A stretch of DNA of 64,000 bases from an uncultured Gammaproteobacteria bacterium (GCA_964416445.1 CAYQEE010000010.1:1136-65135); one strand, 5' to 3'; shown: positions 10,238 to 19,602, numbered from the stretch's first letter. The notes: generated from the sequence alone by a model not told the origin. Program-made: numbers and translations.

Positions 10238-10769
10238 ACAGATTAACTTAGTATCGCATAAAAAGAAAAATGTATTTAATCGAGATCGACTATTGCATGG
10301 AGCACAATATATTTCTCGATTCTCAATTGTTTTTGTCGTTGTCAGTGCGATTGGCTTATTTATCGTCAATCGTTCAGGAACGTTACCTATTCTTGAACAA
10401 CAGGACAAAACCTTTACGACCAATCTTACGTATGTGCAACAAAAAATTATTAAATTTCTTCTGATTCGTGAACGATTGCACAATGTTGATCCGCTTTTGA
10501 ATAACGGCTCACGAATTGATACGATTTTAACGCAAATTTCATCAGCGCTTCCCAATGGGGTGAATTTAGATAATCTGAGTTTATCTGATAAGAAATTTTC
10601 TTTGACAATATCCTCCGCCTCTTTAACGTCTTTGAGTACATTCCTTGATTTTGCGATTAATAAGGTAAATCAAAAAGATGTATTTAAAACGATTACCATA
10701 TCGAATTTCTCAGCTGATGCTGGAGCAGGGAAATACTCTGTCAATCTTGACATTACAACCTATGAATAA
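10230..10769 (+). CDS. pilN: PilN-like pilus assembly protein
   Basis: N-terminal INL(V) motif, single TM, ~180 aa. 8-nt overlap with pilM. Confidence 0.6.
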   Translation: MNRQINLVSHKKKNVFNRDRLLHGAQYISRFSIVFVVVSAIGLFIVNRSGTLPILEQQDKTFTTNLTYVQQKIIKFLLIRERLHNVDPLLNNGSRIDTILTQISSALPNGVNLDNLSLSDKKFSLTISSASLTSLSTFLDFAINKVNQKDVFKTITISNFSADAGAGKYSVNLDITTYE

Positions 10770-11466
10770 TCATTTATCATTTCTTAATCAAACAACACTT
10801 CGAATTTATACCTATAAATACAAGCCGTTTTTCATGCCGATCGTTATTACCCTTGTGTGTATCATATTAACCTTTACGCTCCTTATTCCCCAACTCAATA
10901 ATTGGTTAACGATACAACAGCAAATAGCGGATTCCCAACGCAGAATTAATATTTTGACACAAAATCTCAATTTAGCGGGGAAAATTAATGGGAATGTTGT
11001 TGATCAGTATTTGCAATTAGTTACCAAAGCACTTCCCACAAATAAAGATTTTATTGGTATTCTTGGTGCAATCTCAAATGCGTCGATTGATTCAGGAATT
11101 TCACTGAATGATTATTCCTTTGAAGTAGGAGATTTAACAAATAATACCAAAGACCAACTTTTATCCTTACCGGTTAATATTAGTATTACTGGGAGTTTTT
11201 CTGATTTAATTCGCTTCACGTCGTCCATTAAAAAACAATTGCCCTTATCGAAGATTACCAATATATCCTACGATGGCAATAACTCAGGTACACTGACCAT
11301 TGTATTTTATTACAAACCCTTCCCCGCCACTGTTTCTTTTCAACCATCCCAACCACTCCAAACCCTCTCATCCTCGGAAACGACATTGTTAAAACAGCTC
11401 ATTGCTCTTGATAATTTGTCTGCGCAATCACGCCTTTTGATTCAGCAACAATTGATCACGCAGTAA
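10762..11466 (+). CDS. pilO: PilO-like pilus assembly protein
   Basis: Single N-terminal TM then coiled-coil region. ATG at 10762 overlaps the pilN stop. The ORF-track start at 10678 is probably an over-extension. Confidence 0.5.
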   Translation: MNNHLSFLNQTTLRIYTYKYKPFFMPIVITLVCIILTFTLLIPQLNNWLTIQQQIADSQRRINILTQNLNLAGKINGNVVDQYLQLVTKALPTNKDFIGILGAISNASIDSGISLNDYSFEVGDLTNNTKDQLLSLPVNISITGSFSDLIRFTSSIKKQLPLSKITNISYDGNNSGTLTIVFYYKPFPATVSFQPSQPLQTLSSSETTLLKQLIALDNLSAQSRLLIQQQLITQ

Positions 11467-11471
11467 TCTAT

Positions 11472-11500
11472 TAGAGATTGAAACTCTACGCGTGTTTTTT
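11472..11500 (+). terminator. Putative intrinsic terminator after the pilus operon
   Basis: Hairpin TAGAG-attgaaa-CTCTA followed by CGCGTG and T6. Confidence 0.3.
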
Positions 11501-11860
11501 GGAAACCTACTCTCCGTAAAGTTTTTTTGGCAATTATTCTGTTTGTTTTCTTCTATCTCTATTTCTTGGCTCCCTATTTCTGTGGTATTGATTTGGGAAA
11601 TCAAGGAGGTCCCGAAATGGTACTTCACGCTCGACCTCAATCCTTTTTAATGACCATAAGCTAGTACTCATGTTTCCTTGATGGTAATCGTTATAGACAA
11701 AACCCTGTTGCTATTCTCATAGGTGTCACTCCCCTGCTCTTCTCGTATTTCTTTTCAGCAGTACTTGTTTTAATAATACAAAAAGTGCTAACAACTAAAT
11801 ATACTCAGGCAAAATGAAATCTTAAGAAGGCTCTTTTCGCGTTGTTTGCAATAAATAAGA

Positions 11861-12544
11861 TTATTTTTTCTCCAGAAGATCGGGACGGTGGATTTTTGTG
11901 ATTTTGGTAGCTTCTTCTTGTTTCCAAGTCTCAATATGTTTATGATTTCCTGATACCAAAACATCAGGGACATGCATGCCATTATATTCCCGTGGCATGG
12001 TATATTGGGGATGTTCAAGAAGGGATGTTGAAAATGATTCGATTGTGGTTGCCGGCTCTTTGAGAACGCCCGGTATGAGCCTTCCCACAGCATCTGCAAT
12101 GAGCATTGCGGGAAGTTCGCCACCTGTCACGATAAAATCTCCCAGTGATATCGTTTGGTCAACAAGAGATCGTACCCGTTCATCAACACCTTCATAATGA
12201 CCACAAATAAGGATGAGGTGTTTCAATGTACTTAATTCTTTTGCAACTGATTGGTGGAATTGCTTCCCACGTGCATCTAACAGAATAACTTGTTCTTCCT
12301 CTTTTGTGAGGGTTGGATCTTTGACATGGTCTATTGCATTACCTAATACGTCAACTCGTATGATCATACCAACTCCTCCCCCAAAGGGACGATCATCAAC
12401 AACACGATGTTTACCTAATCCAAAATCTCGAATATTAATCAAATTGATAGTCAGAAGGCCTTTTTCAGAAGCACGTTTAATAATGGAAAAATCAAAAGGT
12501 CCTGAAAACATTTCAGGAAACAAGGTGAGAATAGAAATTTTCAT
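11861..12544 (-). CDS. trmD: tRNA (guanine37-N1)-methyltransferase TrmD
   Basis: MKISILTLFPEMF N-terminus, SPOUT-fold motifs. 227 aa. Confidence 0.85.
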   Translation of the reverse strand: MKISILTLFPEMFSGPFDFSIIKRASEKGLLTINLINIRDFGLGKHRVVDDRPFGGGVGMIIRVDVLGNAIDHVKDPTLTKEEEQVILLDARGKQFHQSVAKELSTLKHLILICGHYEGVDERVRSLVDQTISLGDFIVTGGELPAMLIADAVGRLIPGVLKEPATTIESFSTSLLEHPQYTMPREYNGMHVPDVLVSGNHKHIETWKQEEATKITKIHRPDLLEKK

Positions 12545-12789
12545 GCAGCTGGTTGCTCTTCACCAATCGATACGCGGACTCGTTTATTCTGTTTTATTGC
12601 AGGAATTTTCATGACATTCCGAATAGCGCGAATTACTTTTCCATCTTTTCCAATGAGCTTGCCAACATCTTCATTAGCGACAGTAATGGTGTAATTGATA
12701 ATACCGTTTTCATCAATATCTTCAGAGATACTTACTGCAGTTGTATTATCAACAATTGAGGAAACAATATATTCCAACGCGTCTTTCAT
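12541..12789 (-). CDS. KH-domain RNA-binding protein (UPF0109/YlqC-like)
   Basis: VGKLIGKDGKVIRAIR KH GXXG loop. Sits between rpsP and trmD. Confidence 0.7.
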   Translation of the reverse strand: MKDALEYIVSSIVDNTTAVSISEDIDENGIINYTITVANEDVGKLIGKDGKVIRAIRNVMKIPAIKQNKRVRVSIGEEQPAA

Positions 12790-13016
12790 AAGCCTAAGAT
12801 TTTTCGTACTGTTACTGAGGGTTGAGCACCAACAGAAATCCAGTATTTCACTCGATCATCATTGAATTGTTTAAACTCTTTGCCACCAACATATTTGTGA
12901 TATGATCCTAATATCTCAACTGCTTTTCCGTCACGTCGATCGCGTTGTTCTTTCACAACAAGACGATATTTACTTTCACCTTTTTTTCCCACACGCATTA
13001 ATCGAATTACTAACAT
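12786..13016 (-). CDS. rpsP: 30S ribosomal protein S16
   Basis: MLVIRLMRVGKK... S16 N-terminus. 76 aa. Confidence 0.85.
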   Translation of the reverse strand: MLVIRLMRVGKKGESKYRLVVKEQRDRRDGKAVEILGSYHKYVGGKEFKQFNDDRVKYWISVGAQPSVTVRKILGL

Positions 13017-13030
13017 ATCTCCCTATTTTA

Positions 13031-13696
13031 TCATTCTTTCTCAATCTTCTCAAGAGCTTGTTTAGCCGCGTTTTCTTCAGCTTCCTGTTTTGACTTTCCT
13101 TTTCCTTCACCAACCAAAAGAGAGCCAATAAAGGCAGCAACCGTAAATTGCTTTGCATGAGGGGGACCTTCTTCAAGAACAACTTTATACAGAGGCGAAC
13201 CCTTTTTTTGGGATTGTGCGTATTCTTGTAACAAGCTTTTGGGATCTTTATATGTTTTTTGATCGATAATATGGTTTACGTGTGAGAGTAAGGTATCTTC
13301 AATAAAAAGAGAAACGACATTGAGTCCTTGATCGAGAAACAAGGCACCAATATATGCTTCATAGCTATCTGCCAAAATACTTTGGTTTTTTCTGCCTTGT
13401 GCTTCATGTTCACCTTTGGATAACTTTAAATAGTCCCCAAATCCTAATTCTTTTGCCGCTTCTGCCAAATTTTTTGTATTAACAAGGAGTGAACGAATGT
13501 TCGTTAAAATACCTTCGTCATAGGTGGGGTATTCCCGATAGAGATATTGAGAAACAACAAAAGACAGGATACTGTCACCTAAAAACTCAAGACGTTCATT
13601 AGAATCAAGATTTTTTTTCGATTCGTTTAAATATGATCGATGCGTGAATGCTTGTTCAAAAAGATTTTTATCAATAAATTTTGGAAGTTGTTTCAT
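13031..13696 (-). CDS. rnc: Ribonuclease III
   Basis: FTHRSY and ERLEFLGDSIL RNase III signature, C-terminal dsRBD. 221 aa. Confidence 0.85.
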   Translation of the reverse strand: MKQLPKFIDKNLFEQAFTHRSYLNESKKNLDSNERLEFLGDSILSFVVSQYLYREYPTYDEGILTNIRSLLVNTKNLAEAAKELGFGDYLKLSKGEHEAQGRKNQSILADSYEAYIGALFLDQGLNVVSLFIEDTLLSHVNHIIDQKTYKDPKSLLQEYAQSQKKGSPLYKVVLEEGPPHAKQFTVAAFIGSLLVGEGKGKSKQEAEENAAKQALEKIEKE

Positions 13697-14034
13697 ACTA
13701 ATTTTCCCAGTGCCCCATTAATAAAGGCAGGACTGGTATCTCCCCCATATTCTTTGGCAAGTTCAACTGCTTCATCGATAATAACTTTTGGCGGTGTTTG
13801 TTTTTCAATAAATAATTCATACACGGCAAGTCGAAGAATTGCTAAATCGACTTTATTAATTTTAATAACCGGAAATTCAGGCGCAGCTTTTGCAATTTGT
13901 TCATCAATCATGGCAAGATGGGAAAGAATTTCCTCAGCTGACTTGCTTACCTGTTGTTCATGAAATTCTCGGCTAAATAACTCTTCAACTAACTGTTTTC
14001 TCTTTTGGTGTCTGGGGTCATGAGGGCTCTTCAT
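13693..14034 (-). CDS. nusB: NusB-like transcription antitermination factor (short)
   Basis: AILRLAVYEL...IDEAVELAK...FINGAL motifs matching the NusB C-terminal half. 113 aa. Confidence 0.65.
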   Translation of the reverse strand: MKSPHDPRHQKRKQLVEELFSREFHEQQVSKSAEEILSHLAMIDEQIAKAAPEFPVIKINKVDLAILRLAVYELFIEKQTPPKVIIDEAVELAKEYGGDTSPAFINGALGKLV

Positions 14035-14041
14035 CGTAACC

Positions 14042-14230
14042 TTATTTCTTTACTTGTTTTTTTATTACTTCCCGGCCTTTATAAAATCCACATGCTTGGC
14101 AGACGGTATGAGGACGTGTCATGATGCCACAATTAGGGCATTTGATTGCTCTCTTGACCGCGAGTTTGATACTTGCGCGACGTTCCCCTTTTCTTTCACG
14201 AGAATGACGACGTTTGGGTTCATGTGGCAT
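14042..14230 (-). CDS. rpmF: 50S ribosomal protein L32
   Basis: MPHEPKRRHSRERKG...CPNCG...CQACG zinc ribbon. Start trimmed from the ORF-track 14269 to the conserved MxxxPKRR start. Confidence 0.8.
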   Translation of the reverse strand: MPHEPKRRHSRERKGERRASIKLAVKRAIKCPNCGIMTRPHTVCQACGFYKGREVIKKQVKK

Positions 14231-14240
14231 ATTGGAACAT

Positions 14241-14269
14241 ATTGTACCTAATTTTAGCTTTCTACGCAA
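14241..14269 (-). promoter_or_regulatory. Sigma70-like promoter for rpmF (TTGCGT-17-TACAAT)
   Basis: On the minus strand, -35 is the rc of 14264-14269 and -10 is the rc of 14241-14246, with a 17-nt spacer. The predicted start lies only a few nt before the ATG, giving a near-leaderless transcript. Confidence 0.4.
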
Positions 14270-14329
14270 CTGCTAAATAGGAAGGCTATTAGTTAAGGAT
14301 ATTTATAATTAATCGTATAAAATACTATA

Positions 14330-14358
14330 TTGACATCAATTGATCTTGATGCTACTGT
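14330..14358 (+). promoter_or_regulatory. Sigma70-like promoter for the stand-alone REC gene (TTGACA-17-TACTGT)
   Basis: TTGACA at 14330-14335, 17-nt spacer, TACTGT at 14353-14358. The start codon (GTG) lies about 8 nt downstream, so the transcript would be leaderless. Confidence 0.35.
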
Positions 14359-14364
14359 AAATTT

Positions 14365-14793
14365 GTGGAAGCTGGAAAAATATTGATCGTCGAAGACGAA
14401 CTTTTTCTCCGCGAACTTTATATTGATACACTAACGCAAGAAGGGTACCAGATAGATTGGGCGTCGGAAGGTGAAGAGGCTCTTCAAAAAATCCTCAAAG
14501 GAGGTTTTGATCTAATCCTTCTTGATATTATTCTTCCGAAAATGAATGCGTTTCAAATCATGGAATCCTTGAACAATAACCCTGCGTACAAAGGGAATCA
14601 AACACCGATTGTCTTTTTAACCAATATCGATAATGATGGTGATATTAAAAAAGCATTATCTCTTGGCGGAGCTGGTTATCTGATTAAAAGTCAAATTACC
14701 CCCGGTGATCTGGTACGAGAAGTGAAAGTTTATTTCACAAAAAACTCTTCTGATAATTCTGCAGGACAAAATCCTTCGCTAGGAAATAGTTAA
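14365..14793 (+). CDS. Stand-alone response-regulator receiver (CheY-like REC) protein
   Basis: KILIVEDE...DLILLDIILPKMNAF...KS REC signature, 142 aa, no output domain. GTG start. Confidence 0.75.
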   Translation: MEAGKILIVEDELFLRELYIDTLTQEGYQIDWASEGEEALQKILKGGFDLILLDIILPKMNAFQIMESLNNNPAYKGNQTPIVFLTNIDNDGDIKKALSLGGAGYLIKSQITPGDLVREVKVYFTKNSSDNSAGQNPSLGNS

Positions 14794-16184
14794 TTCGCAA
14801 TTTTTAAGGAAAAGGTAAATGTTGTTCCTTTGTTCTCCCCTTCTGATGCTACTGTTACTGTTCCTCCGTGCAGTTCAATAATTGATTTCGTGATATATAG
14901 TCCGAGACCTGTTCCCTGTGTTGAAGGTTTTGCGAAATAATTTCCCTCGATCATCCCAAATTTTTGGAAAAGCTTTGGCATATCTTCTGCTTTAATCCCT
15001 TTTCCGGTATCGGTGATTGCGGTAACAATCATATCATTTTGCTTCGAAAATGATACAGTAATACTTCCCCCAGCTGGAGTGAATTTGAGTGAATTACCGA
15101 TGAGATTAATAAAGACTTCTTTCAGTTTTTCACTATCAGCTTGCACATTGGGTAAAGCGTCTGAAGGTGGCTTAACAATCAGTGATAATTGTTGATTTTG
15201 AATACTTGGAAGCACTTCTGCGGTGACGTCATTGATGAGTTGTAACAGATTTGTTGGTTTTAAGTTAATTGTCATTCTTCCTGATTCGATACGAGACACA
15301 TTCAACATATCATTCACTAACTTAATCAGTCGTTCGGTAGAAAAATACACACGATCTAAATATACTTTTTGTTTTTCTGTGAGTGTTCCCAGATCTCCTC
15401 TTTGCTGCAACACAAGCCAAAGGTACGACTTAATGGCTGTCATAGGAGTTCGCAATTCATGGGAAGCAAGTGAAACGAATTCGTCTTTGAGCTTATCAAG
15501 TCCTTTCAGGCGTTCATTCGCATCCTCAAGTTTTTTATAAAGCAGTGCATTGTTGAGTGCAATGCCAATGACTCCTAAGAGTCGTTCTATCAACTTTCGT
15601 TGATAGGTAAACAGTGTATCTTCACTTTTGCCTAAATTAATAATAATGGTACCGATGATAGCATTATTTTTCATAAAAAGAGGACAGATTATTGAAGAAA
15701 CAATTTCATCTGAAAAAGGAACGTTTAGTGGATTATTTTCGGTATGTGATGTCGTAACTAAATCACGAAACGAATGTGTCGTTTTAATCGTTTTATCGAG
15801 AACACTTCTTACAATAAGGTTATTATTTTCTGAAAGCGGGAGTGAGGTTACATACATTTGTGGCGAATTTGAAAAAATTTTTTGTACATAAGGTGTTGAT
15901 GATACTGCAAGAAGGTTAAGGTGATCTTCTGAGACCATATAAATAGCTACCGCTTTAAACTGCGCTTCGGAAGCAACTTTATCAACTACTTGTTGAGCGA
16001 TTTGCTTCACATCGGTAGCGCTTCCTAAAATAATGTCATCAATGGTACTGAGTAATGAAAGGGTAATATTTGTTTCGGCAAGTTCAAAATTTTTTTTATA
16101 GAGTTCCTCTGTCACATGACTTGTCTCTTGAGGATTGATATTAGTGGAATCGACGAGTTGTGTAGTCACAGAAGAAGCTCCCAT
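14790..16184 (-). CDS. Cytoplasmic GAF-domain sensor histidine kinase
   Basis: N-terminal GAF-like region. HisKA H-box SHELRTPMTAIKSY. HATPase_c N/G boxes (GNSLKFTPAGG, GTGLGLYI). No TM segments. Convergent with the REC gene, with a 4-nt overlap. Confidence 0.8.
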   Translation of the reverse strand: MGASSVTTQLVDSTNINPQETSHVTEELYKKNFELAETNITLSLLSTIDDIILGSATDVKQIAQQVVDKVASEAQFKAVAIYMVSEDHLNLLAVSSTPYVQKIFSNSPQMYVTSLPLSENNNLIVRSVLDKTIKTTHSFRDLVTTSHTENNPLNVPFSDEIVSSIICPLFMKNNAIIGTIIINLGKSEDTLFTYQRKLIERLLGVIGIALNNALLYKKLEDANERLKGLDKLKDEFVSLASHELRTPMTAIKSYLWLVLQQRGDLGTLTEKQKVYLDRVYFSTERLIKLVNDMLNVSRIESGRMTINLKPTNLLQLINDVTAEVLPSIQNQQLSLIVKPPSDALPNVQADSEKLKEVFINLIGNSLKFTPAGGSITVSFSKQNDMIVTAITDTGKGIKAEDMPKLFQKFGMIEGNYFAKPSTQGTGLGLYITKSIIELHGGTVTVASEGENKGTTFTFSLKIAN

Positions 16185-16207
16185 TCAACAAATTATAATA
16201 TGACATG

Positions 16208-16486
16208 TTACCGGAGTAAAGCAGGAATTTGATTGGGGGAAAGTTGGGTAATAATACTACTGACCGCTTCTTTACATGCTTCAATTGATGCTCTTCCAAA
16301 CAAATGTTGATATTGTTCCACCAGATGTTCAACGACTTCGGTTTCATTACCGATAATATGTATTTCGTGTTTTGGCCAATTGATTTCAAGTCCTTTTACT
16401 TTCTGCGCTTGTTCTATAGCCAGAGGACCAATGATACTTTCCTGTTTTTCAATTATTTTTTCAGCCATGTCAGAATAGATATTCAT
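16208..16486 (-). CDS. Hypothetical small cytosolic protein (92 aa) between the membrane protein and the GAF kinase
   Basis: ORF with tight spacing in a same-strand operon context. No recognisable motif. Confidence 0.4.
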   Translation of the reverse strand: MNIYSDMAEKIIEKQESIIGPLAIEQAQKVKGLEINWPKHEIHIIGNETEVVEHLVEQYQHLFGRASIEACKEAVSSIITQLSPNQIPALLR

Positions 16487-16496
16487 AAAATAACTG

Positions 16497-17303
16497 TTAA
16501 TGCTCTTTTATTTTTGCAACAACCATTTGTAATTGAAAAATTCCAAATGCCATTAAAAAGTACGATAAAACGTAAAGATAATCTAATATGCTTCCTGGAT
16601 AGTAGTTATTCTTAAAAATAATAAAGAAATAGTCCGCAAGAAATTGGGAAAAAAATGCAAGTAAAATGAAGAGTATTTTTTGTTTCATGATACCTCCTAA
16701 AATATTTCTTGTTAAAAATAAACTGAGCAAAGCAATCGAAATGTAAATTGCCTGGCCTGTAGGGTAACCAAAATTAAGAAAGGTTTCAATGGGATCCTTC
16801 AGATCGAAACTATAGTTTTTTAATATCGTAAAGTAGGCAATCAGAAGAATAGTAAGAGGTATTATTATTGCTTGTAATTTCGATTGGAATGATCTGAGCG
16901 ATACTTTAACTCCGGAAGTTTTCGCAATAAGGTATGATGCATAAATATAGAATGGAATTGTTCCAAAAAATCCAATATCTCCAATGGAGGGATAAGGAAT
17001 ATTCACATGTAAAATGAAAATATAATAGGAATAAGCAACTTGTCCAAATTCTTGGGCAAAAAGACCAAGCGAAAGCATAATAATTGCCCGTCCCATCATG
17101 CTTTTTAAGCCTCCCCACTCTTTAGAAAGAAGTAAACCCCAAAGTGCTCCCCACAATGCAATGATGCCATAGAAATTGCCGTAGTAAGCGTAGAGAGCAT
17201 TGGTCTTAGGGAGGAATACCGTCATATATACCCACCACCCGGTAAAGAAAATGAAGAGAAATACCAGTATTTTTGCGTACCAATATTTCTGTATTGTTTT
17301 CAT
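16497..17303 (-). CDS. Polytopic membrane protein (about 8 TM), candidate membrane sensor partner
   Basis: 268 aa, multiple hydrophobic helices rich in aromatic residues. Sits upstream in the same putative operon as the small ORF and the GAF-HK. Confidence 0.5.
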   Translation of the reverse strand: MKTIQKYWYAKILVFLFIFFTGWWVYMTVFLPKTNALYAYYGNFYGIIALWGALWGLLLSKEWGGLKSMMGRAIIMLSLGLFAQEFGQVAYSYYIFILHVNIPYPSIGDIGFFGTIPFYIYASYLIAKTSGVKVSLRSFQSKLQAIIIPLTILLIAYFTILKNYSFDLKDPIETFLNFGYPTGQAIYISIALLSLFLTRNILGGIMKQKILFILLAFFSQFLADYFFIIFKNNYYPGSILDYLYVLSYFLMAFGIFQLQMVVAKIKEH

Positions 17304-17376
17304 AAGTAATACGTACCTACATCATACGCACAGTATATGTTATAATGTCAATAGGTAAACGAAGCGTTTATAATAA

Positions 17377-18285
17377 ATGATTTCAGCATATCCGAAATTT
17401 AAAAAACTTGAAGTTACCGACAAAGAACATATTGAAAGATATACTGCAAAATTTCCTCCTTATTCAGATTATAATTTTTTTAGTCTTTGGACATATAACA
17501 CGGCGGACGATATTATTTTTACTATCCTTCATGATAACTTAGTCTTACGATTTCGGGATTATATAACGAATAAGAAATTTTATACTTTTTTAGGGACAAA
17601 TCAGATACCTGATACAATTGAAACGTTACTACAACTGAGTGTGAGTGAAGGTTTAGAACCAGTTTTGAAGCTCATTCCTCATGCGTCAGTTAAAACAATT
17701 TTACCAGGTGAATTACCTTTTCATATAGAACAAGATAGGGATAATTTTGATTATGTTTATTTAGTAAGTGATATTCATGAATTACGAAATAGTCAGTATC
17801 ATGGTCAAAGAAATTTTATTAATCAATTTAATAAACTCTATCCACACTGTCGTCTGGTAACGTTGGATATATCAGATGATGCTATACAACAGCAAATAAT
17901 ACAACTCTTTCAAGTTTGGCAAAGAAATGCAAAAAAGAGTTTAGAGGAAACGGATCATGAGCTTATTGCAGTAAAGCGGGCTATTACTTTTGCCCATTAT
18001 GTTACTACCCTTTCGTTGGGGATTTATGATAATTCGAGACTCGTAGGGTTTATCATCGCTGATATTGCATCGCCTGAATATGCTCAATCGCATTTTGCCA
18101 AGTTTGATACTTCATATAAAGGAATTTTTTGTATCCTTTTCCATTCCCTTGCATCGGAGCTCTTTTCTCGTCATATTAGGTATGTCAATAATGAACAAGA
18201 CATGGGAATTCAGGGTTTACGAAACGCCAAAATGCAGTGGCATCCTCATCATTTTCTTGAGAAATATATTATTTCAAAAAAGTAA
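17377..18285 (+). CDS. Hypothetical protein (302 aa), possibly a DUF2156/acyltransferase-like fold
   Basis: Long ORF with clean start context. Assignment to the DUF2156 (MprF C-terminal-like) family is a weak recollection only. Confidence 0.4.
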   Translation: MISAYPKFKKLEVTDKEHIERYTAKFPPYSDYNFFSLWTYNTADDIIFTILHDNLVLRFRDYITNKKFYTFLGTNQIPDTIETLLQLSVSEGLEPVLKLIPHASVKTILPGELPFHIEQDRDNFDYVYLVSDIHELRNSQYHGQRNFINQFNKLYPHCRLVTLDISDDAIQQQIIQLFQVWQRNAKKSLEETDHELIAVKRAITFAHYVTTLSLGIYDNSRLVGFIIADIASPEYAQSHFAKFDTSYKGIFCILFHSLASELFSRHIRYVNNEQDMGIQGLRNAKMQWHPHHFLEKYIISKK

Positions 18286-18289
18286 GTGC

Positions 18290-19186
18290 CTAAATGAAAA
18301 TGAATACAAGACCAATGAGAATACAAAGTGAAAGCGTAATTTTTAACACAATAGTTTTTTTTGAGATAATTTCTTTAATAAGTTTTGGATACCAAAATGT
18401 TAAAACGATACCAATAATAACGAGAAACAATGTTTGTAATCCTTGAAGAACACTGACAATTGCGGGAGAGATCAAAATGAGTGCGATGTATAAGGAGAGT
18501 TGTGAAATCCGATAAATAATCTCGCTGATTGTTAAGGTTATGAAAATCTTTTTTGTCATTTTTTTAATTTGTTTTTGAACTATTATGACATTTTTTGGAT
18601 AAAGTAAGAGTGTAAGCATTCCTAATCCATTTCCCAATCCTTCAAATGGTATTGACTGCCAGTATCCCGTTTCACGAGCCCCCCACGAATACAAGAGATA
18701 CACAGTTGCAGAGAGAAAACTTGCGAGAACCATATACCAAAAAGCTTGGTTAATTGTAAAAGAACGTTTATCAAACTTTTTTATCGTAAAAAGAAAACTT
18801 GAGGTAATGATGAGTAAGCTTCCGAGAACTTGTCTTATGGTAAATTTCTCTTGAAAAATAACAATACTTACGATGATGACAATTACCGGAACCATCTGGA
18901 ACAGTGAAGCAACTCGAGATGTCTCATCCAGCGTTAATGCTTTGAAATAAGTAAGGAGAATAAATACCGAGAGATAACCTGATACGGTAATAATAAAAGC
19001 AGTAAGTAGACTTGGCGTATGTATTCCCACAAACAAAGCAATAATGATGCCAGTCAAACAAGCGATAAAACTACTGTAAATGGTTAAAGAAAGACTTTGG
19101 ATTTTATATTTACTGAGTAACAGTTTATCAATGTAGTTTATTACGGTGTCTAAAAAAGGAGGAATTATTGCCAATAGATATCCCAT
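18290..19186 (-). CDS. Multi-pass membrane protein (about 10 TM), DMT/EamA-like transporter candidate
   Basis: 298 aa with two halves of about 5 TM each. Adjacent to the AdoMet decarboxylase gene. Confidence 0.4.
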   Translation of the reverse strand: MGYLLAIIPPFLDTVINYIDKLLLSKYKIQSLSLTIYSSFIACLTGIIIALFVGIHTPSLLTAFIITVSGYLSVFILLTYFKALTLDETSRVASLFQMVPVIVIIVSIVIFQEKFTIRQVLGSLLIITSSFLFTIKKFDKRSFTINQAFWYMVLASFLSATVYLLYSWGARETGYWQSIPFEGLGNGLGMLTLLLYPKNVIIVQKQIKKMTKKIFITLTISEIIYRISQLSLYIALILISPAIVSVLQGLQTLFLVIIGIVLTFWYPKLIKEIISKKTIVLKITLSLCILIGLVFIFI

Positions 19187-19191
19187 GTAAC

Positions 19192-19602
19192 TTAATTATC
19201 AATGTCTTCGGCTGGGTATTTTTTTCCGCGAACTTCTATTTCTACTTCAACGTCATCAGTTTTGAATATTTTTTTAAATTTTTCGATAGCTTTTTCAGCA
19301 TCAAACTGTTTACATGAATAAATATCCATAGTTACAAATCGTCTTTTAATAAAGGTATGAATACTAATATGTGATTCTTGTATCATAACAAATCCCGACC
19401 ATCCTCCAGGGTCTTTTTTACCGTTTGGTTGAGCGAAAGTAACAACTGGTGGAGTCAGAATTTTCATCCCAAGTTCCTTAGGCAACGTTGCAAGGATATT
19501 TGTTACCAGTTCTTTATCGTTTAACGCGTCAGGGGCACAGTTATACATATCCATCATTACATGGAGTCCAAAAGGAACAGTTTGTCTAGTGGTTTTTTTC
19601 AT
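19192..19602 (-). CDS. speH: S-adenosylmethionine decarboxylase proenzyme (small SpeH/SpeD class)
   Basis: FVMIQESHISIHTF self-processing region (ES|HISIHT) and FGLHVMMDMYNC. 136 aa. Confidence 0.7.
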   Translation of the reverse strand: MKKTTRQTVPFGLHVMMDMYNCAPDALNDKELVTNILATLPKELGMKILTPPVVTFAQPNGKKDPGGWSGFVMIQESHISIHTFIKRRFVTMDIYSCKQFDAEKAIEKFKKIFKTDDVEVEIEVRGKKYPAEDIDN

